Shown piece after piece: positions 35,902 to 44,864 of a stretch of 60,323 nucleotides of DNA. Each line of letters starts with the position of its first letter. Positions within the stretch are counted from its first letter, which is position 1. The stretch lies in assembly GCA_964564605.1 (NCBI GenBank), contig CAZMBL010000002.1:1-60323 (forward strand), in the 5' to 3' direction. Position numbers and translations under genes: made by a program. Below the pieces are notes generated by a model. The model made no database searches. It saw only the letters and a program-made list of their open reading frames with translations, and had not been told where the DNA came from. The DNA is from an uncultured Oscillospiraceae bacterium (GTDB lineage Bacteria > Bacillota > Clostridia > Oscillospirales > Oscillospiraceae).

Positions 35902-37010
35902 AAATCTGCCTCCTTCATGGTCTGCCGGATGGTTTCCCGGGTCATTTGGCACAGGTACTCCGGCTTTTTGTCGAATTGTCCCGTTTCCGTCACGCACATG
36001 GCGGCACAGACGTGGCAGGCGTGCTTCGATGGACACACGGCACAGGCGCCGGGAAGTCGGATGGCCGCGGTGGCCGCCTTCGTCCGCTCCCACGCCGTCT
36101 CGAAGCCCAGCTCCGGCACGGAGCATTTCGGGTGGGTCATCATGCCGCAGGGGGTCATGTCCCCCTGCCAGTTGATCCAGAAGGAGCTGCGCCCGGCGCG
36201 GCAGGAAATCCCCTCCCCCGGTGTGCCATCGCAGGCATCCTCCTGGGGCAGTTCCAGCCCGGAAACCAGATTTTGTGCCCGCTGGCGGAAAATTTCCGGT
36301 GTAAAGCGCAGCTTGTCCCACTGCACGGCATAGTGCGCCGCCTCGCAGGGGGTGAAGCGGGCATTGGTGCCGATCATCGTCTCATCCCGCCGGATGGGCG
36401 GGAACATATAGGTGGACAGTTGCACAGGAGTGCCAAGCTCCTCGGCGGTGGCCAGAAGCCGCTCCAGATCCCCGGCATTTTCCGGGGTTAGGGACACATT
36501 CAGCTTCACATCGATGCCCAGCTTTTTCAGGGCGCGGATGTTATCCGTCACCCGGTCATAGGCCGGATGGCCGCAAAGGCGCGAATACGCGTCATTTCCG
36601 CCGCCGTAGAGGGTGATATTGAAGCGGAAGGGCGGCTCTTCCCGGAAAAATTCCAGCAGACCTTCGTCGATCAGCGCGCCATTGCTGTTGACGGAGACCA
36701 CAAGCCCCATTTTTTTCAGCTGGGACAGCAGTTCCGGAAAATCGGGGCGCAGCAGTGGCTCGCCGCCGGTCAGCAGCAAAAACAGCATGCCCCGATCCCG
36801 GGCCTCACCGGCAATGGACAGCCACTGCTGAGCGGTCAGCTCCGGGCCGCGGCGCTGTTGCTCCTGCGCGGACAGATGCACATAGCACATCCGGCAGTCA
36901 AAATTGCAGCGGGGGGTCAGTTCGAATGTTCCGGCCAGCGGGGTACCCTCCCGGCAGGCCCGGCTGTGCAGATAGGTGGAAAGGCGGGGTTCGGCGCTGG
37001 AAAATTCCAT
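35898..37010 (-). CDS. Radical SAM / SPASM-domain peptide maturase
   Basis: CNFDCRMC (CxxxCxxC), TGGEPLL, SPASM C-x-AG...PC...CAVC-x5-CHVC...C. Confidence 0.9.
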   Translation of the reverse strand: MEFSSAEPRLSTYLHSRACREGTPLAGTFELTPRCNFDCRMCYVHLSAQEQQRRGPELTAQQWLSIAGEARDRGMLFLLLTGGEPLLRPDFPELLSQLKKMGLVVSVNSNGALIDEGLLEFFREEPPFRFNITLYGGGNDAYSRLCGHPAYDRVTDNIRALKKLGIDVKLNVSLTPENAGDLERLLATAEELGTPVQLSTYMFPPIRRDETMIGTNARFTPCEAAHYAVQWDKLRFTPEIFRQRAQNLVSGLELPQEDACDGTPGEGISCRAGRSSFWINWQGDMTPCGMMTHPKCSVPELGFETAWERTKAATAAIRLPGACAVCPSKHACHVCAAMCVTETGQFDKKPEYLCQMTRETIRQTMKEADL

Positions 37011-37011
37011 A

Positions 37012-37845
37012 TCAGATGCTCCTCAGTTCATTCTGCAAGGTTCGCACGGCCTGTTCATCCATGCGGCAGTCCAGTTCAAATACGGGCACATGGCTGACCA
37101 GCCGGGCCACCAGCTCCGTCATCCGCTCCACAGCGGGCGCGTAGCCCGGATAATAGGCGCACTGGTTCAGCAGGCGGGCAAAGGCCACCCGTGGCCGGCA
37201 CGGACGCGCCAAATTCACCGATGCCTGCCGGGGCAGTACGATGGCCGCCAGCGGCGCACTGACATTTGCGCAGATACCGGAAGTGCCACTGTAGATAATG
37301 CCATGGGCCGTAGCATCGGCGGGGCGAAGCAGGGCGCGGTCGCCATTGATCACCTGCGCGGCGGCAAATTGCTCCCACAATGCGGCCTGGGTGCTTTTGC
37401 CCACGCCGCTGTGGCCGGAAAATACCAGCCCACGGCCATCGGCCATGCGGATGTAGGAGCTGTGCAGAATCAGCATGCCATATTCCGCCAGCAGCTGCAT
37501 CAGCCCGCCAGCCTCCAGAATGGTGCGGGCGGAGACGCTGCCACGGTAGCCGCCGGACAGCAGCACCCGGGTGGTATTCCCTTCCCGGGCGGAAAAGGTC
37601 ACATATTGGCTGCCGAATACCCGCTCCAGACACGCGCGCTTCCCTTCCTGCCAGCAGTATTCCATTTCGTGGCAGGCGGCATTTTCGGGAATGGGGGGCA
37701 TGGTATCGGAAAAAGCGGCGATCATGGTATGGTCAGCCACCGCGTCCTGTACGGCGAAGGGAACGCAGAGGGGCGAAGGAAGCAGCGCCTCCTCGCAGCA
37801 CAGGCGAATGGTCAGGCCGCCGAAAGAATAATACTCACTGTGCAT
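37012..37845 (-). CDS. HprK-like P-loop kinase of the RiPP-associated type
   Basis: LHSS followed by Walker A SGHSGVGKST and INGDR (HprK-type DD-equivalent); translationally coupled to radical SAM. Confidence 0.75.
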   Translation of the reverse strand: MHSEYYSFGGLTIRLCCEEALLPSPLCVPFAVQDAVADHTMIAAFSDTMPPIPENAACHEMEYCWQEGKRACLERVFGSQYVTFSAREGNTTRVLLSGGYRGSVSARTILEAGGLMQLLAEYGMLILHSSYIRMADGRGLVFSGHSGVGKSTQAALWEQFAAAQVINGDRALLRPADATAHGIIYSGTSGICANVSAPLAAIVLPRQASVNLARPCRPRVAFARLLNQCAYYPGYAPAVERMTELVARLVSHVPVFELDCRMDEQAVRTLQNELRSI

Positions 37846-38497
37846 AGGTAATAAACATCAGTTTGCTGTGCGCGGATTTATAGTGCCCGGCATAGCCGGT
37901 TTGGCTCTCCCCTGCCCCAAGGCCGGAGACGCGCACGCGGTAGGTGATACCACCCATGAAAACATCATTGTAGGCGGTTTTGTAGTAAATATAGATATCA
38001 CCGGAGATATCCTCCGGGGAGATATTTTTGATGGTAATGGCCTGATCCGTGCCGGTGACCTGAAAAATATCGGGGTACATGGAAGGCTCTGCGGAAAAGG
38101 CGGTGAAAGTGGTCAGTTCCGTGGAGATGGCGCTCAGGGCCGTGGCGGCACTGCGGCGCTGCAGATCCAGCACACGCACGGTTGCACCGGGCGGCAGTGT
38201 GGAAAGAGTAAAACTGTAGCGCACACCGGCCATGGTCAGGGTAAACGCCGCCTGTAAAACCGTCTGATCGCCATCGTTTCGGATATCGGCGGACATGACG
38301 GCAGTGACGGTCTCGTCCTTGCCGTCCTCCACATAGCTGCCAGTGTAGCTGCCAAGGGCCGTCAGTGTCAGGCCGCTGCCAAGGTCAATGGGCAGCAGGG
38401 TGCTATCCGGTTTTCCGGTGGTCTCCGGCGGCTTGGTGGCGCAGGCGCTCAGCAGCATGGCCACGATCAGCGCCACGGCAAAAACAGAACGTTTCAT
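37835..38497 (-). CDS. Uncharacterised lipoprotein
   Basis: Lipobox LLSAC after MKR + hydrophobic stretch; beta-rich mature part; stop overlaps the kinase start. Confidence 0.75.
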   Translation of the reverse strand: MKRSVFAVALIVAMLLSACATKPPETTGKPDSTLLPIDLGSGLTLTALGSYTGSYVEDGKDETVTAVMSADIRNDGDQTVLQAAFTLTMAGVRYSFTLSTLPPGATVRVLDLQRRSAATALSAISTELTTFTAFSAEPSMYPDIFQVTGTDQAITIKNISPEDISGDIYIYYKTAYNDVFMGGITYRVRVSGLGAGESQTGYAGHYKSAHSKLMFITYAQ

Positions 38498-38552
38498 GGG
38501 CTCTCCTTGTGGGTGAATGTAGTTTTTGTATTTATTGCGAATTCAAATAGGC

Positions 38553-38616
38553 TGTCATCGCGATATCAGATAGCCACGCAATTGCGAACCAGTCTGCGGA
38601 CTAGTTCGCAATGACA
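38553..38616. repeat. Degenerate REP-like palindrome
   Basis: ATTGCGAACCAGTCTGCGGACTAGTTCGCAATGACA palindrome with TGTCAT/ATGACA ends, same family as 44865-45045. Confidence 0.55.
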
Positions 38617-38668
38617 CTTCTTTTTTTACATCACTGGTGCGGACTGGGGGCGAGGGGTTTTCAACAGT

Positions 38669-38700
38669 AAAGTGCCCTGCCCCGGGGGGCAGGGCACTTT
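38669..38700 (-). terminator. Strong hairpin after the precursor peptide gene (terminator or mRNA stabiliser)
   Basis: AAAGTGCCCTGCCCC...GGGGCAGGGCACTTT inverted repeat about 25 bp after the stop; short U tract only. Confidence 0.7.
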
Positions 38701-38725
38701 GGATTAGATGATGGTTGCGGAAAGA

Positions 38726-38950
38726 TCAGGAAGTGAACAGTCTATTGGCTTCAACAGAAACCTGATAGCACAATCCATTCTCATCCGGCGTATACGCACA
38801 CTTATATTCTGCCGTGAACAACTGCATGCCATTGACTTTGCCGCAGTCCATCATGGCATGATCCGTCGGCACACCGCAACCAGTCGCAATATTGGCGCTG
38901 AGGTGGAAGTCTTCGAAGACAATCATCGGCTTGGAATAGACTTTTTTCAT
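38726..38950 (-). CDS. Putative RiPP precursor peptide (74 aa, 4 Cys)
   Basis: MKKVYSKPMIVFEDFHLSANIATGC...; GAAAGGAG RBS; YxxP leader motif; upstream of radical SAM/PqqD/kinase genes. Confidence 0.8.
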   Translation of the reverse strand: MKKVYSKPMIVFEDFHLSANIATGCGVPTDHAMMDCGKVNGMQLFTAEYKCAYTPDENGLCYQVSVEANRLFTS

Positions 38951-38968
38951 ATTGCGTTCACTCCTTTC

Positions 38969-41900
38969 TCAGAACAGACGGCCAAGGATGCCGGAGATCC
39001 AATCGATCAGGCCGGGGCGCTGGGAGGCGGCCTGCACCGTCAGGGTGACGGAGATGGGGTCGCTCTCGATGCCATCGGCGTTGACGGCGGAAATGGCGTA
39101 ATCCGTGGTTTCTGTTGCGGTGGTTGCCCAGTTGAATTCACGCCAGGTCTCACCGCTGCGGTTTTTGCGGGTGCGGTAGGAGGTGATCTCCTGCCCGTCC
39201 ACCACAATAGCCTCCACATCCTCGGATGTTTTGACCGTCAGGATGGCCTTCTGCCCGGCGCGGACGGTGCTGACCAGCCAGCTGGCCTCCAGCCGCTCGG
39301 GGGTGAAGGTGACGGGAGCAAAGACAGAGCGCACCATCATCAGGGCGGTCTGAACATCGGCTTCAGTCATTTCCATGGTAACGGTGGCCTTTTCGGTGAA
39401 GGTCACTTTGACCGTGGTCAGGGACAGGATGTTATCACCAGTGTTGGTAATTGTAACTACACCGTTCTTTGCCACCGTGGTAATGTCATAGTACATATCC
39501 GTGGCGGTGGAGATGGGCGTTCCTTCACCGTTGCCGATCGTGAACTCAGCATTGCCCTTGACGGCCTTCATGCCGATCATGACCTTGTCGATTTTTTCGC
39601 CGGTCAGTTTGAACGAAAGCGTATCGCCTTTTTCCAAATAGACCTCATGGTTCGGGCCCTTGGCAACGTAGTCCGCAAGGGTGGGATTCTCCGGGTCATT
39701 GGAAGCGATCACAAGCGCGCCGTTGTAGGTCTTGCCCTCTTCCTGAATCTTGCACAGCACATCATGCAGTTCGATGAACTGGGGATAGGCTTCGTGGTCG
39801 TCCTTGTAGATGGAGGAGTCCTGCAGAGTGCCATAGACACGGACGCCATCCAGCCAGAAGGAGTATTCGCCATTTCCGGTGCCATCAAAGAAGGAGCCGT
39901 AGGCTGCGGTGATGGTGACGGTGTAGGTGCCATAGGACAGATCGCCCACCCGGATGACGGGCAGCTGATACAGGGCGTTATCTTCTGTTGCATTGACCCA
40001 GTTGCCATCCTCATAGTCGTAACCGTAGTAGTTGGTGACGAACTTGCTCATGATCTTTTCGCCATCGCTGTTGACCACATCATAGGTGATCAGGCCGGAG
40101 GTGTTGCTGGTCAGAGAAATGACATCGAAGCCGGTGCCGGTGAAGGTGAAGGTAGCCGTAGGCCAACTGCTGCTATCAGTCCAGGTATTTTCCATGTCCC
40201 TGGTAACTGTGACCTTCTTGGCCGAGCCGAGGGAGAACAGGGTGCCATTTTCATACACCTTGTCATAGCCATAATGGCCACTACTGCCCAGCCAGCTGAA
40301 GGCCTGCTGGGGATTTTCGTGTACTGTACCATCCGTCACAGGTACCCATTCGGAGCCACTGAAGCTGCCGGAGTTCACGGTGATGAAATCATCCTCATAG
40401 TACACGGTAGAGGCCGGGATCACGCGGAAGGTAAAGACCAGATCCGGGTGATTCAGATTCCACATCTTAACCGTGTCAATCTGATCAAGAATGCCATTGG
40501 GCGTGTAGACAATGGTAAGACCCGTCGTATTGTCACCGGTCACGGTCACAGTACCATAATCCGCACTGGCACCAGTGCCATTGAAGGTTTCATTCGCGCC
40601 CAAGCTCCATTTATCGGTTGTAATGGTAACCGGCAGGCCGAAATCGATCACAATATCGTTGGGGGCAACGAAGTTGGTAACGATCAGCTTTGCTTCTGCG
40701 GAAGCGATTGTCTTCCAATTGCCCGTGGAGTAAGCGGACTTATAGGTATAGTTCAGGGTCACCGTGTTGTGAATCAGCTTATCCAAGTCGCCGGACTTAA
40801 CCGTATATTCCACATAATAAACGGTTTTGGTCTCTTCTTCGGAGGCCGTGATCGAAATGGTTGCAGAACCGTTTGTCGCGATTACGTTTCCGTCCGAATC
40901 CGTGATCTTGATGTTGCTGACATTGACACCGCCGACCGTCATGATATCCTGCAGCTGGACATCGGAATAAGTCAGATTTGTGCTGCCGGCGTATTCGGTA
41001 ACCGTGATTTTGAACTTGACAGTGTTGCCCGCACGGCCAACCATGCCCTCAGTATAGGGCACGCCATTCACAGACTCAACTTCCTTGTCAACGGTGGGCA
41101 GTCTCTTGGCATAGTAGGACAGGGTGCCGGGCCACATCGCGTTGACCTCTCCGGCGGGCAGCGTAAAGCCGTGGGCTGCGTCACAGCCAATATCCATTGC
41201 TGCCTGAACCTGACCAATGACCGGTGTGCTGCCGTCCGCGCCATAAAACTGGCAATACGGAGATGTAATTGTGGAAGATGTACCCTTATAGAGGTTATTC
41301 TGTTTTGCGCCTGCTGCAGCCTCGTTTTGCGTTCTCTCCAGATTTTTGTCCAGAACGTAGCCCCGCAGATAGTCGGTCTGCGCCGGGTCATTGCCGTTCA
41401 GTGCGGAATAGTCTCTGCCGTTGGTGTGGAAAACCTGCTCATAAACAAGGGCATAACCCTCGTCCGGTTTGGCATAGAAGTTCAGGGCCACGGCCGCACT
41501 TTTCGGCCAGACGAAATTGATCACTTCGCCAAGCTGGACCTGATGCAATTCAGACGCTTCAACGGTTGTGTCCGTTTCGCCAAAGAGGAGGCCCCACCAG
41601 ACAGAGGTATTGGTCAACTCATCGATGTAGAAGTCCATGAACTTTTTTTCTTTGCTATTCACATCGGCGGAAGCGTTGCCATGATCATATACTGCGACAG
41701 GAATCTTGTAGGACGTTCCATCCGAACCGGTCACGCAAACCCAGGTCTCGCCCGCGCCAACCGCTGTTACCACACCATTTTCGTCAACGGTCACGATATT
41801 TCCATCGCCGGATGTCCATTTGGCGTCGGAAGAAATCTTTGTAGTGTCCAGATCGAGGTCATACAGCTGTCCCTTGGACATAGAAAGCTTAGTCACTGGG

Positions 41901-44647
41901 AACTGGCCGAAAGTACCCGTACCGTTGCAACTATAGCCACCCTGTCCGGTTACTGCCGGATTGTCGTCGCTCGCCGCATTCTGCCTATATCTGGTTGTGC
42001 TTGTCAGAATGGGGGAAATATCGATGGTGACATACTCGGGGGCTTCCTTCACAGTGACGTGATAGGTGGTGTTGCCCACGGTGAAGGTGGTCTTACCCAC
42101 AGCCAGCGCCTTGATGGTGACGGTGGTGGAATATTTATCCTCACTAACTACCTTGTCATACACACCGGCCTCGCTGGCACTGTCTGCACCTTCCCAGATG
42201 CCATTGGAGTAAGTCCAATAGCGTGTTGTCAGCCAGCCAAAAGAATAAGATATCCGCTTATTGGTCAGGTCAACATCAAATTTGATGCTTGTCAAATTGG
42301 AAACACCGTATTCGTAGCTGTAGCCCCAGTCAAATGTTCGACCCATATAAAGGAAATACCCACCATTGGAAATGGTATACCCATCGTTGCTGTCGCCGGT
42401 GAATGTCCAGGCGGTGGCCTCCTCGATCTTTGTTGTGGAAGAAAGCGCGCCATCCACCAGTGTCATGTAATTGGTGCCATCGGAAATATAGTAGGCGTTT
42501 CCGCTGACAATTTCCGTGACAGCTGTGATGGTGGACTCACCCGGGATGGCGGTGCCCGTCCAGCCGGCGTCCACGATGTCGTCTGTATATGTGCCGAAGG
42601 GGGCATAGCCAGTCAAGGTTTCAGACCAGGTGCCGCCAATGGTCAGGGTGATATTTTCCGTTTTCACAGGGGTACCGGGGATCTCATTGGAATCGGGGGC
42701 ACCATTGGAGCCATCGCCCAGTTCCGCCAGAGACACAACGCCAACGGTGGAGAAGGAGGTTTCAAAGGTGTAGGACTTGCCGTCCGCGCTCTTTGTGCCC
42801 TGAATGAAGGTGATCTCGCCATTGGATTCCACATGGAATCCGGTCAGCAGCCGATCTGCAATGCCCTGCAATTTGGCGTTCAGCGGAATGGTGACGGTTG
42901 CCACCTGTCCGGCGGTGTAGCCCTCGCCGGGCAGGACATTATAGGCCACGAAATCCTTGCTGGGCAGGCCGCCAACCTCCGGAACGGCGGTCACGGTCAT
43001 ATCCTTCACGCCATTGGGGAAGGTAACGGTCACGTTGTTATCCGTGTGGATTTTATCCAATTCGGGAGTGGTGGGCTCGGTGGGAGCCGTAGTCGGCTCG
43101 GAGGGATCAGTGGGTTCCGGGTCGGTCGGCTCCGGCTCGGAGGGGACGGTGGGCTCCGGATCAGGCTCCGGGGTCGTCTCCGTGCCGAAGACGAAATTCT
43201 CGCCCAGAATATCGGAGATTTCATAGTGCTTGTATTCCACCTGGCCATCGCCCGGCTCACACAGCAGGCCAATGCTGCCATCGGCCAGTTCCGTCAGGCA
43301 GGAATAGCTGAAAGCCGCGCCGCCATCGTTAACGGCCAGAGAGCCAATGCACTTCATGGTGTCTGCCCGGAAGGCATAAATGCGGCCATTCTGGCGGCTG
43401 GAAGCATGCGAGGGGCAGGAAACCAGAATGATTTCCGCACCGTCCGCCGTCTTCTTTGAATACTTGATGGCAGAAATCTGGCAGGTGCCGGTGAAGGGCT
43501 TTTCCGTAGACTGGATTTCGCCCCAGACGAAGGTACCGTCCGCGTTTCTGGTCACATCCATGTACTTGACAACACCGCCGGAGGTACTGTAACGGAAGAA
43601 CACACGCAGGGTGCCGTCCGCCAGCTCCACAATGGCCGCTTCACTGGTGCCGGCAATGTTGCTGCTGCTACGGCTCCATGTGGCGCCGCCGTCATCGGAA
43701 TAGACGATGCCGGTGTTGAATGTGTCGGTGGAGCTGTACACAGGGTAAATGATGGTCTTGCCGTCCGCCGTGACGATGCCGCGGCCGGGGCCCACCAGGC
43801 AGGCGCTCTCGTCCGCCTCTTTCAGGTTGGGCAGCAGCATGGGCGCAGACCAAGTAGCACCATTGTCCTCAGACTTGGTGAAATACAGGAAAGTGGTCCG
43901 CACAGCCTTATAAGGTGCGCCGGAGAAGAACAGGTTGCTGACATAGCTACTGCCGGAATAGATATTAAAATATTCGTCCACGGTATAGCCGCTGACAGCT
44001 TGGCCGGTGCTGGTGCTATAGATCTTGCCATCTTTCAGGTAATAATCATAGGAAGAAGATTCGCTCTTGGCGATTTTCAGATAGCCATCGGCGGTAAAGC
44101 CGGAGTCCGTGCTGGGCAGTGTATAGCGATCTTCATACCACTTGGCCATGAAGCTGCAATTGTAAGAATGCAGATCGCAGAGCATATACAGGGTTTTGCC
44201 GTCTGTTGCCAGCGCAGGGTCAATAAAGCAGGTGGAATCATAGCTGAACTTGTTACCATTGTCACCCAAATAGTTGGCAAAGGTATATTTCCACGTTGCG
44301 CCGTTATCATCCGACCGGGAGACAACGGTATCCAGTCCACCGCCGTCAACCGTAGCATTCCATCTGGCGTCAGACGCGGCCACAATGGTGCCGTCCGCCA
44401 TGGTGATCAGGGCAGGGATGCGGAATTTAGAACTTCCGCCGGTGCCGCTCGCAAAGGGCTGACCGGTGGTTTTGCCATCGGCCGGTTTATTGGCTATTGT
44501 CTGGCTGCTGGCCAGAACCGCAAAGCCATAGCTGCCGCTGACATCGGTGGCCAGCACGGCGGCGGGCAACACGCCAACCAGCAGTGTCAGCACCAGCAGC
44601 AGCGCGAGGACACGGGTGCCACCTGTACGAATTTTCATCTTCTTCAT
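38969..44647 (-). CDS. Giant secreted multidomain GH33 sialidase (about 1,890 aa)
   Basis: Signal peptide; FRIP motif; Asp boxes SDDNGATW, SEDNGATW, SDDGGATW; SEAAIVE, RQNG, YSCL; P/E/T linker; Ig-like (Big_2) WTSGDGNIVTVDENGVVTAVGAG; long unknown beta domains. Start could instead be 44653. Confidence 0.85.
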   Translation of the reverse strand: MKKMKIRTGGTRVLALLLVLTLLVGVLPAAVLATDVSGSYGFAVLASSQTIANKPADGKTTGQPFASGTGGSSKFRIPALITMADGTIVAASDARWNATVDGGGLDTVVSRSDDNGATWKYTFANYLGDNGNKFSYDSTCFIDPALATDGKTLYMLCDLHSYNCSFMAKWYEDRYTLPSTDSGFTADGYLKIAKSESSSYDYYLKDGKIYSTSTGQAVSGYTVDEYFNIYSGSSYVSNLFFSGAPYKAVRTTFLYFTKSEDNGATWSAPMLLPNLKEADESACLVGPGRGIVTADGKTIIYPVYSSTDTFNTGIVYSDDGGATWSRSSSNIAGTSEAAIVELADGTLRVFFRYSTSGGVVKYMDVTRNADGTFVWGEIQSTEKPFTGTCQISAIKYSKKTADGAEIILVSCPSHASSRQNGRIYAFRADTMKCIGSLAVNDGGAAFSYSCLTELADGSIGLLCEPGDGQVEYKHYEISDILGENFVFGTETTPEPDPEPTVPSEPEPTDPEPTDPSEPTTAPTEPTTPELDKIHTDNNVTVTFPNGVKDMTVTAVPEVGGLPSKDFVAYNVLPGEGYTAGQVATVTIPLNAKLQGIADRLLTGFHVESNGEITFIQGTKSADGKSYTFETSFSTVGVVSLAELGDGSNGAPDSNEIPGTPVKTENITLTIGGTWSETLTGYAPFGTYTDDIVDAGWTGTAIPGESTITAVTEIVSGNAYYISDGTNYMTLVDGALSSTTKIEEATAWTFTGDSNDGYTISNGGYFLYMGRTFDWGYSYEYGVSNLTSIKFDVDLTNKRISYSFGWLTTRYWTYSNGIWEGADSASEAGVYDKVVSEDKYSTTVTIKALAVGKTTFTVGNTTYHVTVKEAPEYVTIDISPILTSTTRYRQNAASDDNPAVTGQGGYSCNGTGTFGQFPVTKLSMSKGQLYDLDLDTTKISSDAKWTSGDGNIVTVDENGVVTAVGAGETWVCVTGSDGTSYKIPVAVYDHGNASADVNSKEKKFMDFYIDELTNTSVWWGLLFGETDTTVEASELHQVQLGEVINFVWPKSAAVALNFYAKPDEGYALVYEQVFHTNGRDYSALNGNDPAQTDYLRGYVLDKNLERTQNEAAAGAKQNNLYKGTSSTITSPYCQFYGADGSTPVIGQVQAAMDIGCDAAHGFTLPAGEVNAMWPGTLSYYAKRLPTVDKEVESVNGVPYTEGMVGRAGNTVKFKITVTEYAGSTNLTYSDVQLQDIMTVGGVNVSNIKITDSDGNVIATNGSATISITASEEETKTVYYVEYTVKSGDLDKLIHNTVTLNYTYKSAYSTGNWKTIASAEAKLIVTNFVAPNDIVIDFGLPVTITTDKWSLGANETFNGTGASADYGTVTVTGDNTTGLTIVYTPNGILDQIDTVKMWNLNHPDLVFTFRVIPASTVYYEDDFITVNSGSFSGSEWVPVTDGTVHENPQQAFSWLGSSGHYGYDKVYENGTLFSLGSAKKVTVTRDMENTWTDSSSWPTATFTFTGTGFDVISLTSNTSGLITYDVVNSDGEKIMSKFVTNYYGYDYEDGNWVNATEDNALYQLPVIRVGDLSYGTYTVTITAAYGSFFDGTGNGEYSFWLDGVRVYGTLQDSSIYKDDHEAYPQFIELHDVLCKIQEEGKTYNGALVIASNDPENPTLADYVAKGPNHEVYLEKGDTLSFKLTGEKIDKVMIGMKAVKGNAEFTIGNGEGTPISTATDMYYDITTVAKNGVVTITNTGDNILSLTTVKVTFTEKATVTMEMTEADVQTALMMVRSVFAPVTFTPERLEASWLVSTVRAGQKAILTVKTSEDVEAIVVDGQEITSYRTRKNRSGETWREFNWATTATETTDYAISAVNADGIESDPISVTLTVQAASQRPGLIDWISGILGRLF
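43065..43180 (-). repeat. Low-complexity Pro/Glu/Thr linker repeats in the sialidase
   Basis: Encodes TTPEPDPEPTVPSEPEPTDPEPTDPSEPTTAPTEPTTPE. Confidence 0.7.
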
Positions 44648-44751
44648 AAACATCGTTCCTTTCCGAAACGGATTTGTGCGCCATGGCCCGGAATCAGGCA
44701 AAATGACTGACGAATTTTCATTCATCCTCCGGCGACACATATACATTTTGT

Positions 44752-44780
44752 ATTATACTGCATCCGCCCGCATTTTGCAA
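44752..44780 (-). promoter_or_regulatory. Sigma-A promoter of the sialidase-peptide unit
   Basis: TTGCAA (44780-44775), 17 bp, TATAAT (44757-44752). Confidence 0.75.
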
Positions 44781-44864
44781 GTACAATTTTCGGATTTTTT
44801 ACGGCTTGTCCAGGCCGGTGGAGGCATCGAAAAAATGCAAGGCGGTGGCGCATTTTGTGGCGGA

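Noticed and set aside
35902-36321. Long 226-aa version of the PqqD ORF
   Set aside because: Extension lies inside the radical SAM gene in another frame; RBS and domain boundary support ATG 35901
35641-38950. Lasso peptide or SCIFF/ranthipeptide cluster of known type
   Set aside because: No asparagine-synthetase-like cyclase or B2 protease; peptide lacks the six-Cys SCIFF pattern; PQQ genes pqqB/C are absent
38708-43459. 1583-aa plus-strand ORF
   Set aside because: Antisense shadow of the sialidase gene; no motifs or RBS; long stop-free reverse frames are expected with GC-rich biased codons
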